Positions 13,921 through 26,093 of a stretch of DNA of 64,000 nucleotides are shown one piece after another. Positions within the stretch are counted from its first letter, which is position 1, and every line of letters begins with the position of its first letter. The position numbers and the translations under genes are program-made. The DNA is from Rhizophagus irregularis. Lineage: Eukaryota. Below the pieces are notes generated by a model that worked only from the letters and a program-made list of their open reading frames with translations, searched no databases and had not been told where the DNA came from. The stretch lies in the NCBI RefSeq assembly GCF_026210795.1, contig NC_089432.1, positions 744,001-808,000 on the forward strand, in the 5' to 3' direction.

Positions 13921-15959
13921 CTAGGTGTAACCCGTCGCGTTGCGGCGGGAATGATACTTGCCCATCAAGTAAGAGAGTAATAAAGAGAGTAATAATAACA
14001 CACGTCTCCCACTACTCCTCTTCATCTTCTCATCACTTCTTTACGCCTCCCATCGCTCCTCTTCGTCTCCCATCACCCTCCCATCACTCCTCTTCGTCTC
14101 CCATCACTTCTTTTTGTCTCTCATCACTTCTTTTCGTCTCCCATCACTCCTCTTCGTTTCCCATCACTACTTTTCATCTCTCATCATGTCCTATTTCTCC
14201 TTTTTGTTTCCTATCACTTCTCATTACTCTTTTTTTCTCTTTCATCTTCTATTACTTTCCATTACTCCATTGTTATTTCATTTTTTTTATTAGCATCTTT
14301 CTCCTTGGTCATTGTAATTTATTTACCTTTTTATTTATTGTTATTGTTTAAATACGGTGATTTTTTTCTTTAAAATCGTAAATGTGTGGCTTAAATTTTA
14401 ATATTTGCAAATATAATTTCATTAAATAAGATTATTTTGAATAAATATGCAAAGAAATTTTTTTTAAAAATATCTTCGCAATAAAATTTTAAGTTTAACC
14501 GATCAAAATAGCTAAGTTAAAAAATAAGACTAATAAATTTGTACATCATGTGACATATTTGAAAAAAACCCAGGCGGTGATCGGTTAGCAATCCTCCCAA
14601 AAAAATATCTCCCCAAAAATCAATTATAACAATCTTATGTTTAGAAATTTCGTTACTTATATAATACTAATTTTTTTGTAATTAGAAATTTGAAGAATTG
14701 AAAGTAAATAAATAATTCAAAATAAAATAAATAATAAAATTAAAATAAAATAAAAATTTAAAAAGGTAAAAAAAAAACCTAAGAAAGGGGTCTAAAAGGT
14801 GGTCAGAACCCTTAGAAAAAATTTTTTTTATATAGAAATATTCTTTTACATATTAGAAAAATTTTTTGGATGTTAATAAAAAACTGAAGTAGTTATGTAG
14901 ATTTATTTAATATTTGACTAAGAATTTAATTTTTGTATAATACTGAACATACAGTAATTTATATTTACAATATTTACAATACAATAATGTGAGGCATATT
15001 TACAATACGATTAAATTAAAATGATATATTAAAATAAATGTTGCAGTATTATAGAATTTATGGTTTATTTATATGTTTGCAGACTCATCACAAAATCAAT
15101 TCTGAATAATTAATTGTTACAAAAAAAAAAATAAATTCTCATCACCAAGAATACCATCATACGAATGTATTATTATAGAAGATTACATCATAATAATCTA
15201 TTTAAAAAAAATTTATATAAAAAAAATTTCCATTATCAAATCTATTATTACAAAAAAAAAATTCTTATCACCAAAGCCTATTGTAAAAAAATTGATAGAA
15301 CTATTACTTAATAGTATTAGAATGATGCCAGTTACCAGGAAGCAAAAAAAAAGTAAATTTTTTTTAACCGGGAACTTACCGAACATAAAGAAAGGGCAAA
15401 GTCCGATCTATTGTTGGAAAAAAAATTTAATGAAAAAAAAATCTGATCTGTTGTTAAAAAATTTCTAAATTAAAAAAAAATCCTAAAAAAAAAAATTAAA
15501 AAAAATTAAAAAAAAATTACTAAATGAGAAAAATTCTGATTGTAAAAAAAAAAAACTAAACAAAAGAAAGGCCAAAAGTTCGATCTATTGTTACAAAAAA
15601 AAAAAATTCTGAAGTTAATGTATTACGGTTAATAAAAAATAAAAATAAATACTAATCGTAAAAAGAAGAGTAATATTGTTTTTAAAAATTTTATAATTTA
15701 TTAACTTTAATTACTTGTTAATATTAGCAAAACTTCAATTACTGGAAACTAAAAAAGTAATCAAACATGGATTTGCTGATCAACTACTATATGAATACGG
15801 AATAGTTCAGGCGCAGACAAATCATGTGTTAGACAATTCAAAATTATTTATACAGGCTCTAACATAATATGGAATAGATTAGGCGTGTTTCATATTACAC
15901 AATTCAAATTATTTATATACGGTAATCTAAACATGACCAAATTTTTTTAGTTATATAGA
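13921..15959 (-). mobile_element. Non-autonomous Helitron (~2.0 kb)
   Basis: Minus-strand 3' end: GC hairpin CCCGCCGC-AAC-GCGACGGG, then TTACAC-CTAG|T at 13921. Candidate 5' end A|TCTATATAACTAA at 15959 (less certain). Internal minisatellite and low-complexity DNA. Confidence 0.65.
14005..14270. repeat. Degenerate ~20-bp CT-rich minisatellite (CCCATCACTCCTCTTCGTCT-like) inside the Helitron
   Basis: Visible tandem units decaying to the right. Confidence 0.75.
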
Positions 15960-16602
15960 TATTTAATATTATATTTCTTTTTAAGAGTTAAGTTTGTTAA
16001 GGAAATAAGGAAATTGCTAGTAAATAAACTGATGCTATCCTATCCTTATATAGTAAATAATAAAAAGATTCTTATATAGAAAAAAATTCTAATAGGAAAG
16101 TAAATGATGAACCTATAGAGACAAAAGAATTAATAAAGGAAAATTTTTTAAGTTCCATCTAGGAGAATTTTAAATACCTATGGAAAAGATTTATAAAGAT
16201 CTATGACAATTATGAGATTATTTGATATAGATGCATAAACAAATTGAACAATTCATGACTAACTTATTTATTATTATATAATTTCATGCAATTAATTAAT
16301 AAAAATTAAAAAAACCCAATAATTAAATATTTTAAAAAAAAATTAAAATACATGCATTAATCCACCTGCTATTATTTATGCTTCCAATTATGTTTCAGAT
16401 TAATCATACATTAAATATTTAATTTTTATGCTTCTAATAATTAAATCATATCCACTTGCTTTTTCCAATTTTCCCATAATCCTTTCTGGTTTAAGGTTAT
16501 AACTTGATTTCTTGATACCACATAATTTCATTTAAAATTTTTTTTGCATATATTGCAATCTAGTGAGAAAAACCAAATTTTGTTTTCACTATACATATTT
16601 TG

Positions 16603-17286
16603 TCATTGGTATGTTTTACAGGTCACTGGATTATTAAAATTTTCAAATCTCCTTTGATATTTCATGCAACAACTATCACAAATTTTATCATTTACCATAC
16701 CATTCATCTCTTTAATTCTTTTTTTACATTCAGGACATTCTTTTTTGCTACTATAAAATCTATTGCTCCTTTTTTGATAACATTCATGACATTCTCCTAG
16801 TCTAACAGACTTTTTCTTATAACAATGGATACATCCTCCTTCTTTCTTTTTTACTAGTTCTGAAAATGCTGGTGAATTCTTTTTCGTTAGTTTGTCTAAG
16901 GATGCTGATGGTATCTCCTTCTTTTTTTGATAACATTCATAGCATTCCCCAAGTTTAACAGGTTTTTTCTGATGACAATGAACGCATTCTCCAGTAGATA
17001 TATTTTTAATACTTTCATTCTTTTCCATTTGTTCAGAAGATGCTAGTGAATTCTTCTTTTTTTGATAACATTCATAACATTCTCCTAGTTTAACAGGTCT
17101 TTTCTGATGACAATGGATGCATTCTTCAGTAGGTATATTTTCAATCCTTTCATTCTTTTTGTTTAATTCTAAAGATGTTGATGGTATCTCCTTCTTTTTT
17201 TGATAACATTCATAACATTCTCCAAGTCTAACAGGTTTTTTCTGATGACAATGGATGCATTCTTCAGTAGATATATTCTTTTCCAT
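16603..17286 (-). CDS. Cys-rich repeat protein (4 x CxHCxxKKxVxLGECxECYQK, putative Zn-binding); possibly truncated or a pseudogene
   Basis: Repeats visible in the 252-aa ORF; first ATG at 17286; the frame appears to continue past the TGA with another stop. Confidence 0.6.
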   Translation of the reverse strand: MEKNISTEECIHCHQKKPVRLGECYECYQKKKEIPSTSLELNKKNERIENIPTEECIHCHQKRPVKLGECYECYQKKKNSLASSEQMEKNESIKNISTGECVHCHQKKPVKLGECYECYQKKKEIPSASLDKLTKKNSPAFSELVKKKEGGCIHCYKKKSVRLGECHECYQKRSNRFYSSKKECPECKKRIKEMNGMVNDKICDSCCMKYQRRFENFNNPVTCKTYQ

Positions 17287-18384
17287 TTGTTTAAAAGATG
17301 CAAAATTCTGAAGATGTCGCTTGCCTAGGATATGAGGATTTAGGAAATGAGAATATAACAATCCTTATGAATTTAAAAAATTCTTTTTTTTTTTTTTAGA
17401 ATTTAAAAAATTAAGAATTTTTTTTTTTTAGAATTTTTTAACCAATGACAAATGATTCCTATTTATACTTTTATTCTTTACAGATTTGCAAAAATTTCAA
17501 ATTATTTTCCAACATTATATATTTGAAAAAAATTATTTGAAACATTTTGCATTATAAAGAATTTCTTTTAACTGTTACATATTTAATGTTTTTAATTTTA
17601 TATAAATCTGCCATAGAATTAAAATAATAATTTGTTTGACACACTTTTTGGAAATTTTCATTGTAAAAATTATACTTACATATCATTGAAACCATTAATA
17701 AAATCTTCCTAACACTATAGGATCATAATTAAATTTTAAATTTTTAGACTATTTCACTTGAAAATTTTTGAAATACATTATTTAATTGATGTTTAAGATT
17801 GTAAATATATTATTATTATGGTAATGTATAAGAATGATTAGAAAAACCATTTAAAGAATATATTTGTTATAATTAAATTAATTGTTATTGTTAGTGGTTC
17901 ACACCCATTAAATCATTTCCTAGTTAATTAGTTATATACAAAGTTTTAAAATTTTTATTAAGTCATGTGATGTATTTAATTATTAGTCATCTTTTATAAT
18001 ATCTTAGAAACTTGTATTATACCAATAGTCGATTAATCGATACTTTTATGGATGATAGTTTATAATCGTGTACGTGACGTTAGTCTCCATGGTTATTTCA
18101 CGGATCAACCCTGATCTAATCATTCGTGATGATCAATGATTCGGAAGATTTACTTTGCACGTTGGAATATCAGAATATCATGATCTTTACAGCTGCGCCA
18201 TGAAAATCAATCATCGATATCCACATGTAAATTTTTATGTTTTGAATAAATAGTTATTGTCTAACTTACTTTTTTAGCTACTTGAAATACTTCGTAATCT
18301 TTTATTACAATAGTTTCTGAAATACCTATATTAGGAAACCAATTTCCATTATTATAATTATAATTCAAATTATTGGAATTAGGA

Positions 18385-18900
18385 ATGATGGTTCAACAAT
18401 TATTGAAAATGCAGAAACGAACATTATTGACAATTCACAAAATTTCCTTGAAATTATGAATATTATGATATAAAAATTGAAGATGGTGATGTAAAATCAT
18501 TGAATACTTACATATTGGTCATTTTATTAATTACCGTTCTCCTCATCTGAGAAAAAAGTTATCGACTAATATAAAAAATAATGATGGAACTTTTGGCACG
18601 CACTGAACTATCTAATATTTTATCAAAAATAATTTTAAGGTAAAAACTAATTGAATCAATGTATTATTAATTTATTTTCATCATTACATTTCCAATCTTA
18701 AAATATTGTATTTTTTATTTTTTAGATACATTTATGGCGGAAAACTTTCTTAAATAGATATTGATAATTAAATATAATTAAATTATTGGTTGCCGTTAAT
18801 GAATTAAGAATTTTCTATATTCAATCCTTTTTAATTGAAATCAAAAAAAACTGGATGGAATAAATTTTTGATTTAATATATTTTTGAAAAGTTTTAAAAA
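18385..18900 (+). pseudogene. Decayed BTB/POZ-domain gene
   Basis: Fragments translate to SQNFLEI, NYRSPHLRKKLSTNIKNNDGT and RYIYGGKLS, resembling Glomeromycotina BTB proteins; multiple stops and frameshifts. Confidence 0.6.
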
Positions 18901-20099
18901 ACTAGAAGTATTTATTCGATAATATGCTACTATTTAGTACACGATTATTAATTATTCATTTCACCAAAAATTGTGATTGAGCGCTCTCTTGAAATTATGA
19001 ATTTTCTAACATAAATAAGAATATATTAAAAATAGAAAATAGAAAATAAAAAATGAAAGATGGAAAATAGAAAATAGTCAAAAGAACATAATTTCTGGTG
19101 TCCATTTATAAGAATAATATATTATATAGAGTACATTTTTTTTATAATTGCTTTACAACTATCTGTTATTGTTAAAAAATCCAAATTCATTAAAATTTAA
19201 TTTGGTATTATTTATTCCATGGACTGAAAAATAAATTATTGGTTACAAAATAAATATATAACCTTGTTATTTCAAAAAAATTTTAAATTATGTTAGTGTT
19301 AGTGTCGGCATTACGGTATATCAAAATGGCATAACTTTATGGCATTACGACACGTGATATAACCTGCAGCCGTGACGCAATCGTATTATAATTTTAACAG
19401 CGCCCTCGTTAAATAAAGATTATAAGCTTTATGACTTTATCCCCTTTGTTCAAATGTATCATGTGATAGAACAAAACAAATACGTATAAAAACTTAACAG
19501 GTTTCTTATTGTTTGTTATGTAAGCAGATTTGTAAGTAAAGGCTAAAGGCTTTTAAAACTAAGCCTTAAAACAATTTGTTCGGCATAACTAAGCCATAGG
19601 AATAAGCCTGCATATTTTTATAAAAAATATCAACTTATTATTGATTTTTATTCTAAATTTATTATAATTTATTTTAATTTATCATCAATAATATGTATCT
19701 TATTCCTGATTTTCAACAAGAATTTAAATGAATTAATATAGTAAAATAAGAGGCTTTTAAGGAAGTTTACTTATGTGGCTTTAATGTCAGTAATATTTAT
19801 TTCAATTCTGGTTTGCAATATTATAAAGATAATTTCAGCCAAACTCTAATAATTGAAAATATAATTAGTAAAGGTACAAATTATTATTTAATTTTTTCAT
19901 CGTAAAACTTTATTGTTATTGGAATATATTTTAATAATGACTATGTAACTTTGAGTGTAACCGATAATTAGTTTCATCCTAATTAATGTATAGTACAAAT
20001 CATTTATTATAAAAAAAAAATAATATATGTATATATTTACTTTCATTCTTTAATATATCTCTACATTACTATATAATTTTAACAAACTTGTAGTTTTTT

Positions 20100-20340
20100 T
20101 GATTTTCAAATGGGTTGAAAATTGTGTGGTTGTGACTAAAGCTTTGATATTATTTATACCCGGGTTGAAATTGTGTGGCTGTGACTTAGGCTTTGACATT
20201 ATACTCGGATTGTAATTGTGTGGCTGTGACTTAGGCTTTGACATTATACTCGGATTGAAATTTTGTGGCTGTGACTTAGGCTTTGATATTATACCCAGGT
20301 TGAAATTTTGCGGCTGTGATTTAGGCTTTGATATTATCAT
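20100..20340 (-). repeat. ~5 x 45-bp tandem repeat, readable as (I/M)SKPKSQPxN(F/Y)NPxI within a 116-aa ORF
   Basis: Direct inspection; ORF track 20050..20400. Coding status unclear. Confidence 0.7.
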
Positions 20341-22208
20341 GTTGCAAAATTCTGATTTAAAAAATAAATAAATAGGTTCAAAATATATTAATTTGATCAT
20401 CTTTATTTCCTTTTTTCTACTTAATAAATGGAGAATATTTTTTACAATTATACTACATATGAATATTAAATAAATTACCTATGTTTAAATTATTCAAGTT
20501 TAGAATAGCTAGTTTCAACAATACGAAGAGAAAAACCATAAACTGATATTTACCAAAAAATCCATATCTTGTCAATAAACAATAAAACAATTATGGACAT
20601 ACAAATGATAATAACAAGGAGTATGCATAAAAGGACAATTCAGGATCATTCCTACCGTCCAAACCATATGCTTATTTCACCTTTGTCAATGATTGACACC
20701 AAGGCTTCAGCTGTGGAATTTTCTTGCTCCTTTCCGCAACATTTGTCCTTACCTGGCACGAAGGCAAAGATAAATTTAAATTTTACATTATATATAGTTT
20801 AAACATTAATTGCATAAAAATAATTCTTTAATAGAAATATTACAACAATATAATAATGAAAGTATCAGTAGCAATTGGATTTATTATTAATAAGCAAATT
20901 TATAAAATAGCATATCTATTAAAGCACATTTCTTAATTTTATAATACTCATTCAGGGTAAATCTAGTATTACTTAATATCCATATTCAATCATTTAAATA
21001 GTATTAATGATGAATACATAATACAATTCTGATCAGAAATAGTCTAATCAATCTGATACTCAAACATCCAATTATTAAAAAATTTTTACAAAAACAATTA
21101 TACGAGTAAAAACTAGAAAAATGATCATTCATTGGAGTTTTTTCCAGATTTTTTTTTATAGGGTAATACTATTGTATACTGTATATCCAATGCAGTTCTT
21201 AAATATTATCAAATATAATTATTATAAAGATATTAGAATAATAAAGTTCGATTGTTGAAATCATGTAAAATTAGACTTGTTTGTAATTTGTAATTTTTGT
21301 GCAAATCTTTTATTAATAAAGAATTTTTTAACGAATACCAAGTAAAATGCTTCTGTTAGTTATTACTCTGTTTAAGTAAAATTTGTTGAAAATTTTTACA
21401 CAATATTTTACTCAAATAGTAACTCCTTTATTGTTACAATTTCTATGAAAAGTCTCACCATCAAATCCATCTCTGCTTGAACGACAAATTCATAGGTGCG
21501 TGCTATACATTTAATTGTGAATTAAATCTCGTGGCAAGATGTATGTCCTTATAAACGAGCAATCTGAGTACGGTATAGTAAAATTAAGCATATTTGTAAT
21601 GACGTCATGGTCATTTAATAAAGAACATACATTAATAAATGGTGTACGAATTAAAATTCGATATAAAAAGGTTTTCTTATCAATCCGATCACTGTTCCTA
21701 ACCTAAAGAACAAAAGAACAAAAAAACAAAAGGAAAAAGAAAAAGTAAAAAAATTTTAAAATTGATAAAATTGATTAAAAATCCGGTTTAAAAAACTGTG
21801 AAAGGAGAAAAGTATTATTGAACCGGAAGGAAGAGAAAAAAAATAATAAATCCGGTTTAACCGTTAAAAAATTTCGTTTTATAGGTTTAACCATTTTAAA
21901 AAGGAAAAACCGAAGGGAAAAAATTCAAAAAATTTATTTTTTACTGTATCGTTTCGAAATGATAATGATAGAACGGCCGAAAAAGAATATGATTAATAAT
22001 TTTATCATTCCCTATAAAAATTCTATCTGTTATTTCTGTAAAAACTCGACTTTTTTTGTTTTGAAATGATAAATATAATATATAAATTTTATACGGTTCT
22101 AAAGATCCTATATAATATTATAATGGTTCCAATTATTTAGTTATTATCTAACACTGGCAGTAATACTTGTAAATTTCTCAATTTGCAATTTTAAATTAAT
22201 TCGTTATT

Positions 22209-22346
22209 TGAAAATTGCTAAGCTCACCGGCGGTGATGATCACCATACCAGCATTATGATGTACTTTCGACCAGAATTAAAAATCTAATAAAATACTGGC
22301 CGGCATTACATCATAATTTCACCACCGGTGATGTTTAGTAATACTC
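22209..22346. mobile_element. ~140-bp palindromic MITE-like element (family also at 40069-40204 and 50420-50467)
   Basis: Imperfect inverted ends around TCACCGGCGGTGA / TCACCACCGGTGA; termini match the other copies. Confidence 0.55.
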
Positions 22347-22929
22347 CTTATTTTATTTATTAAAATACATGTAACATTGTAACATACATAAATAATTTTA
22401 CTTTATAATTTATTTAATTAATCAATAAATACATTTATAACATAATTTACATATATCCGCCAATTCGTCCTTATTTTTTTGCGCTAAGATCGTCTTTCCG
22501 TTATCAACAGGTCAAACAAATCCAAAATTATTTTATAAAAGGAACGTATTATTAAAGAAAAAAGTATTATCATTAAATTATCCACGAATTACTAATAATA
22601 TTGACTTACGTGTTTAATCAAACAATTATCACAATTATCACAATTGTTATACAAATTTAGGAATATCAGCCACAATTTCTCATCAATCAGTGATCAGTAA
22701 CTGGTCATTTTTTATTTTTTACATGTCACGACTCATTACAAAAAGTTTGTATAACCAAAAATATGAACTTTTTTTTCCCACTTAAATTACTTATTTAGAT
22801 AAACTTTTTTTTCCCACTTAAAATATTTAAATAAACTTTTTTTTTCCCACTTTTTTTCCCACTTTCTATAATCTAAAAACTTTTTTCTCTCCTATAGAAA
22901 TATTATTATTTTAGTAAAAGCTTTTTCCA

Positions 22930-23870
22930 ATGGAAGAACCGTTTATAGAAGAATCAGTAAGAGGTGAAATTTTTATACGAGATCCTGATGCTATATTCCA
23001 AGAACTTGCGCGTAAACAATCTTACATCAATTATATGATATTAATGATTTTCCCATGAGAGAAATTATCTATAAAATCGCTTTTTTTTTCCCATTAGAAT
23101 TTTTAGTTTTCGAAAGTTTTTTTTTCCTTTTAATATTCACTCTTGTCCTCAAATATTATTTCTTCAATACAATATTTGCTATTTCTTTTTCTTCAATATT
23201 TCTTTTTCAGTTCAACTGATATGAAATTCAAGGCAATTATGTATGGTGAGTATGAAGGGATGGTGCGCACTGCAGGGTTCACGATCGGGCTAGTTTCTTC
23301 CCAATTGTATCCAAGGTTACAGCCTGAACGGAGTCTTACTTAGTTATTTTTGTAACTAATCTTTAATTCTTTAAAATTTGTAGGTTATCATTCTCAAGGA
23401 GAAATAGGAAAGACTGGAGAAAAATCCGGATGATTATACCTTTGACGTGGTACATACTAAATATTTAAGTTACTATAATGTCAACATTTGAAATGGTTAG
23501 TGTTAGTTAGGGTTAAGGTTAGAGTTAGGGTTAGCACTTCGTTATTGCACCTACAATGTCTATGACAGAAGAAACTTTTTATTTGGTAACAAAGAGACAA
23601 AATATGACATGGACCGTCTTCTTGCATACGCAATTCATACATGGATCGCATTGGACAAGCCAACCTTTAAAGATCTTCTTCAGAATGAGTCCTGTATATA
23701 GCATTTTCTGCCTCGTTCGTTTGATTTCATCAAACAAGATTGATATATTTGGATGACATTTTGGAAGAATTAGATGCTTTCGGATGGAATCCACACGCGG
23801 ACCAGCATACGGTAGGAATAGGAGATGATGAATTAAAAAAGAATAAAAAAGTTGATTTAGAAAGTGTTAT
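22930..23870 (+). pseudogene. Probable decayed gene of unknown family
   Basis: ATG-led coding-like text (MEEPFIEESVRGEIFIRDPDAIFQELARKQ), raised GC and intron-like segments, but no continuous frame. Confidence 0.3.
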
Positions 23871-26093
23871 CTAACCAATATTTCTGATATTGAGGATACG
23901 TTCATTATGTTTTAACAATATTATCTGATTATTGTGATTGAATTCCGAGGGTCCAGTGATGTTTTTTTGCTAAATTTGTAGTAATGCATAAGAAAAATAA
24001 TTAAAGAACGTTGATTTTTAAGTATTTCTTTTTCTTTTTTAACCCAATTTTATTAATTAATTATAATCGGGTTGGTTTTTTTTTAAACCGAAAAAACTTT
24101 CAAAATTTTTTTTTCGGTTTTTTTTAACCTAATTCCTGTTGATGAAATTTTAATGCTATTTTTTTTTTTTTTGCTAATTACTTAAAAGTTTAATTTGTCT
24201 TATTAATCATATTTTATTTTTTTCCAAACAAAAAAAAATGTTTTTCAAACCAAAATATTTTTTTTTTAGATAGTTCTATTTACTTATTAATTATTAAATA
24301 TTAACATTAATATATGCATCTTTAAGTGCAAAAGCTACTGAACATTTATATAATCAATTTTTTTTAGTTTAGCAAGTGTAATAAGAGATAAGAAATAAAA
24401 ACGTTAGGGAACTTCTTATATATTTAAAGTGTCATAGGTAGTACAAAAGGATACGAAAGGGTCAAATTTTACTGTCTACTAAATTAGTAAAATTTCATAC
24501 ATAAATAAAAAACTTCTATTTGGCTTTTAGACGTAATCTCATTATAATTGTAAATAAAAAAAAACTTATAAAATGAAATAAATTGATAATGTAGTATTTG
24601 CGTAAATTTTCTTAAATACGGATTATTTTATTTTATAATATTTTAAAACATTCAATTTTTTATTTTGGATTTTAATTTAATTACTTTCCATTACTTTGTA
24701 TAGTTGTATAAGGATTTTAAATTAATAGGTATATAGCAATCATGTATGGTATGGTAAGGAACTCTTTCAACTACTTATAACTTTTGAGAAAATAACATAT
24801 CTACGAGAGTGAATAAACAGTTGATGATGTCAGAAATGCGTAAACTTCTCTGTCTATTTTTTTCGTTCTGAAAATTTTTTGGACTGATGATTGATGTATA
24901 GAGTTTTACTAAAAAGTTGTTTTTGACCGGTTTTGTAAAAAAAAAAAGAAAAGAAAATACCCAAAAAGCTGGCAGCCTGGCATGGGCCAAGGTTTTTAAA
25001 AAGGCAAGTCTAGAAAGAAGCAACACAGGATAACAAATAATTAAACCAATTTTAACTTTTTTTATAGTCTTTGGATACTTGGACTTGAACTTTTCGGTCT
25101 TTTGGTGATTAATTAGTGATGGAACATGAGGTGATTGTTGTGGTACTGCAACGAATATTCACACCGTAGTATTACCTACAAGGATAATCATCCTTTGACA
25201 CCAGACCTATTGCATTTGCCAAAATAATAACTTCATTTCCGAGTTCATTAGTAAATACAAAAATAACAAAAATAAAACAAATTGGAAAATCCGCTCAAAT
25301 TTTTTTTTTTATTAAGATCAAATTTCTAAAATTAGTTGTTCATAATTATCACCAATCAAATAATTTAACCCAAATTTTTAATATCAACTTCATATCATCT
25401 ATATAATTAAAATCTATATAATTAAACAAGTGGCATTTTCGTTTCTTATGATGTAATATGTTCATAAACAAGTAGTAATAAATGACAGGAAAGTTGAAGT
25501 ATTAGTAGTTTATTGCGGAACATAGTTACTTTTGGGTTAACTTTATTGTTGTAAACAGGGACAGAAAAGTATAACAATTGTCAACAATGGAATTTGAAGG
25601 TATAAAAAACATGTAAAAGACATCAATATTAAGATATATTTTGTATAGAAAGGGTATATGGTGAAATGAGAAGGTTGGCCAAATAATAAATTAATTTTTT
25701 TTTTGTTTCGAAGTGCTATAATTATTTAAAAACAATATAAAAAAATAGTATAATAAAAATAATAAAAATAAGCAAACTAACTTTACTAATTAATATTATA
25801 TATAAAATAATTTCATTGGTGCCTAATAATTATCTAAGATGAAATGAATAATCAGTTACTGCAAATCTGCAATTTTGTAATAATTGAAATACATTCCGGT
25901 TATGCAACATTTGTTTGTCATATATGCAATGATGCAATGCTTGTACTTGTGAACAACGCTTTTGCACATAATGCATTTTGCATAAATATTATTACCATAT
26001 TTATTCATACAAATAGGGGCTTTTAATAATAATAATAAAAAAAAAAGATATTTACTTTATCCTTTTCAATTAGGGAGAATTTTTGATATAGCA

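Noticed and set aside
23495..23535. Degenerate TTAGGG-like hexamers
   Set aside because: Only two exact units; too short to call an interstitial telomere.
25398..25430. Duplicated A|TCTATATAATTAAA resembling a Helitron 5' end upstream of the micro-exon gene
   Set aside because: No matching hairpin+CTAG 3' end found, so capture of the gene by a Helitron is unsupported.
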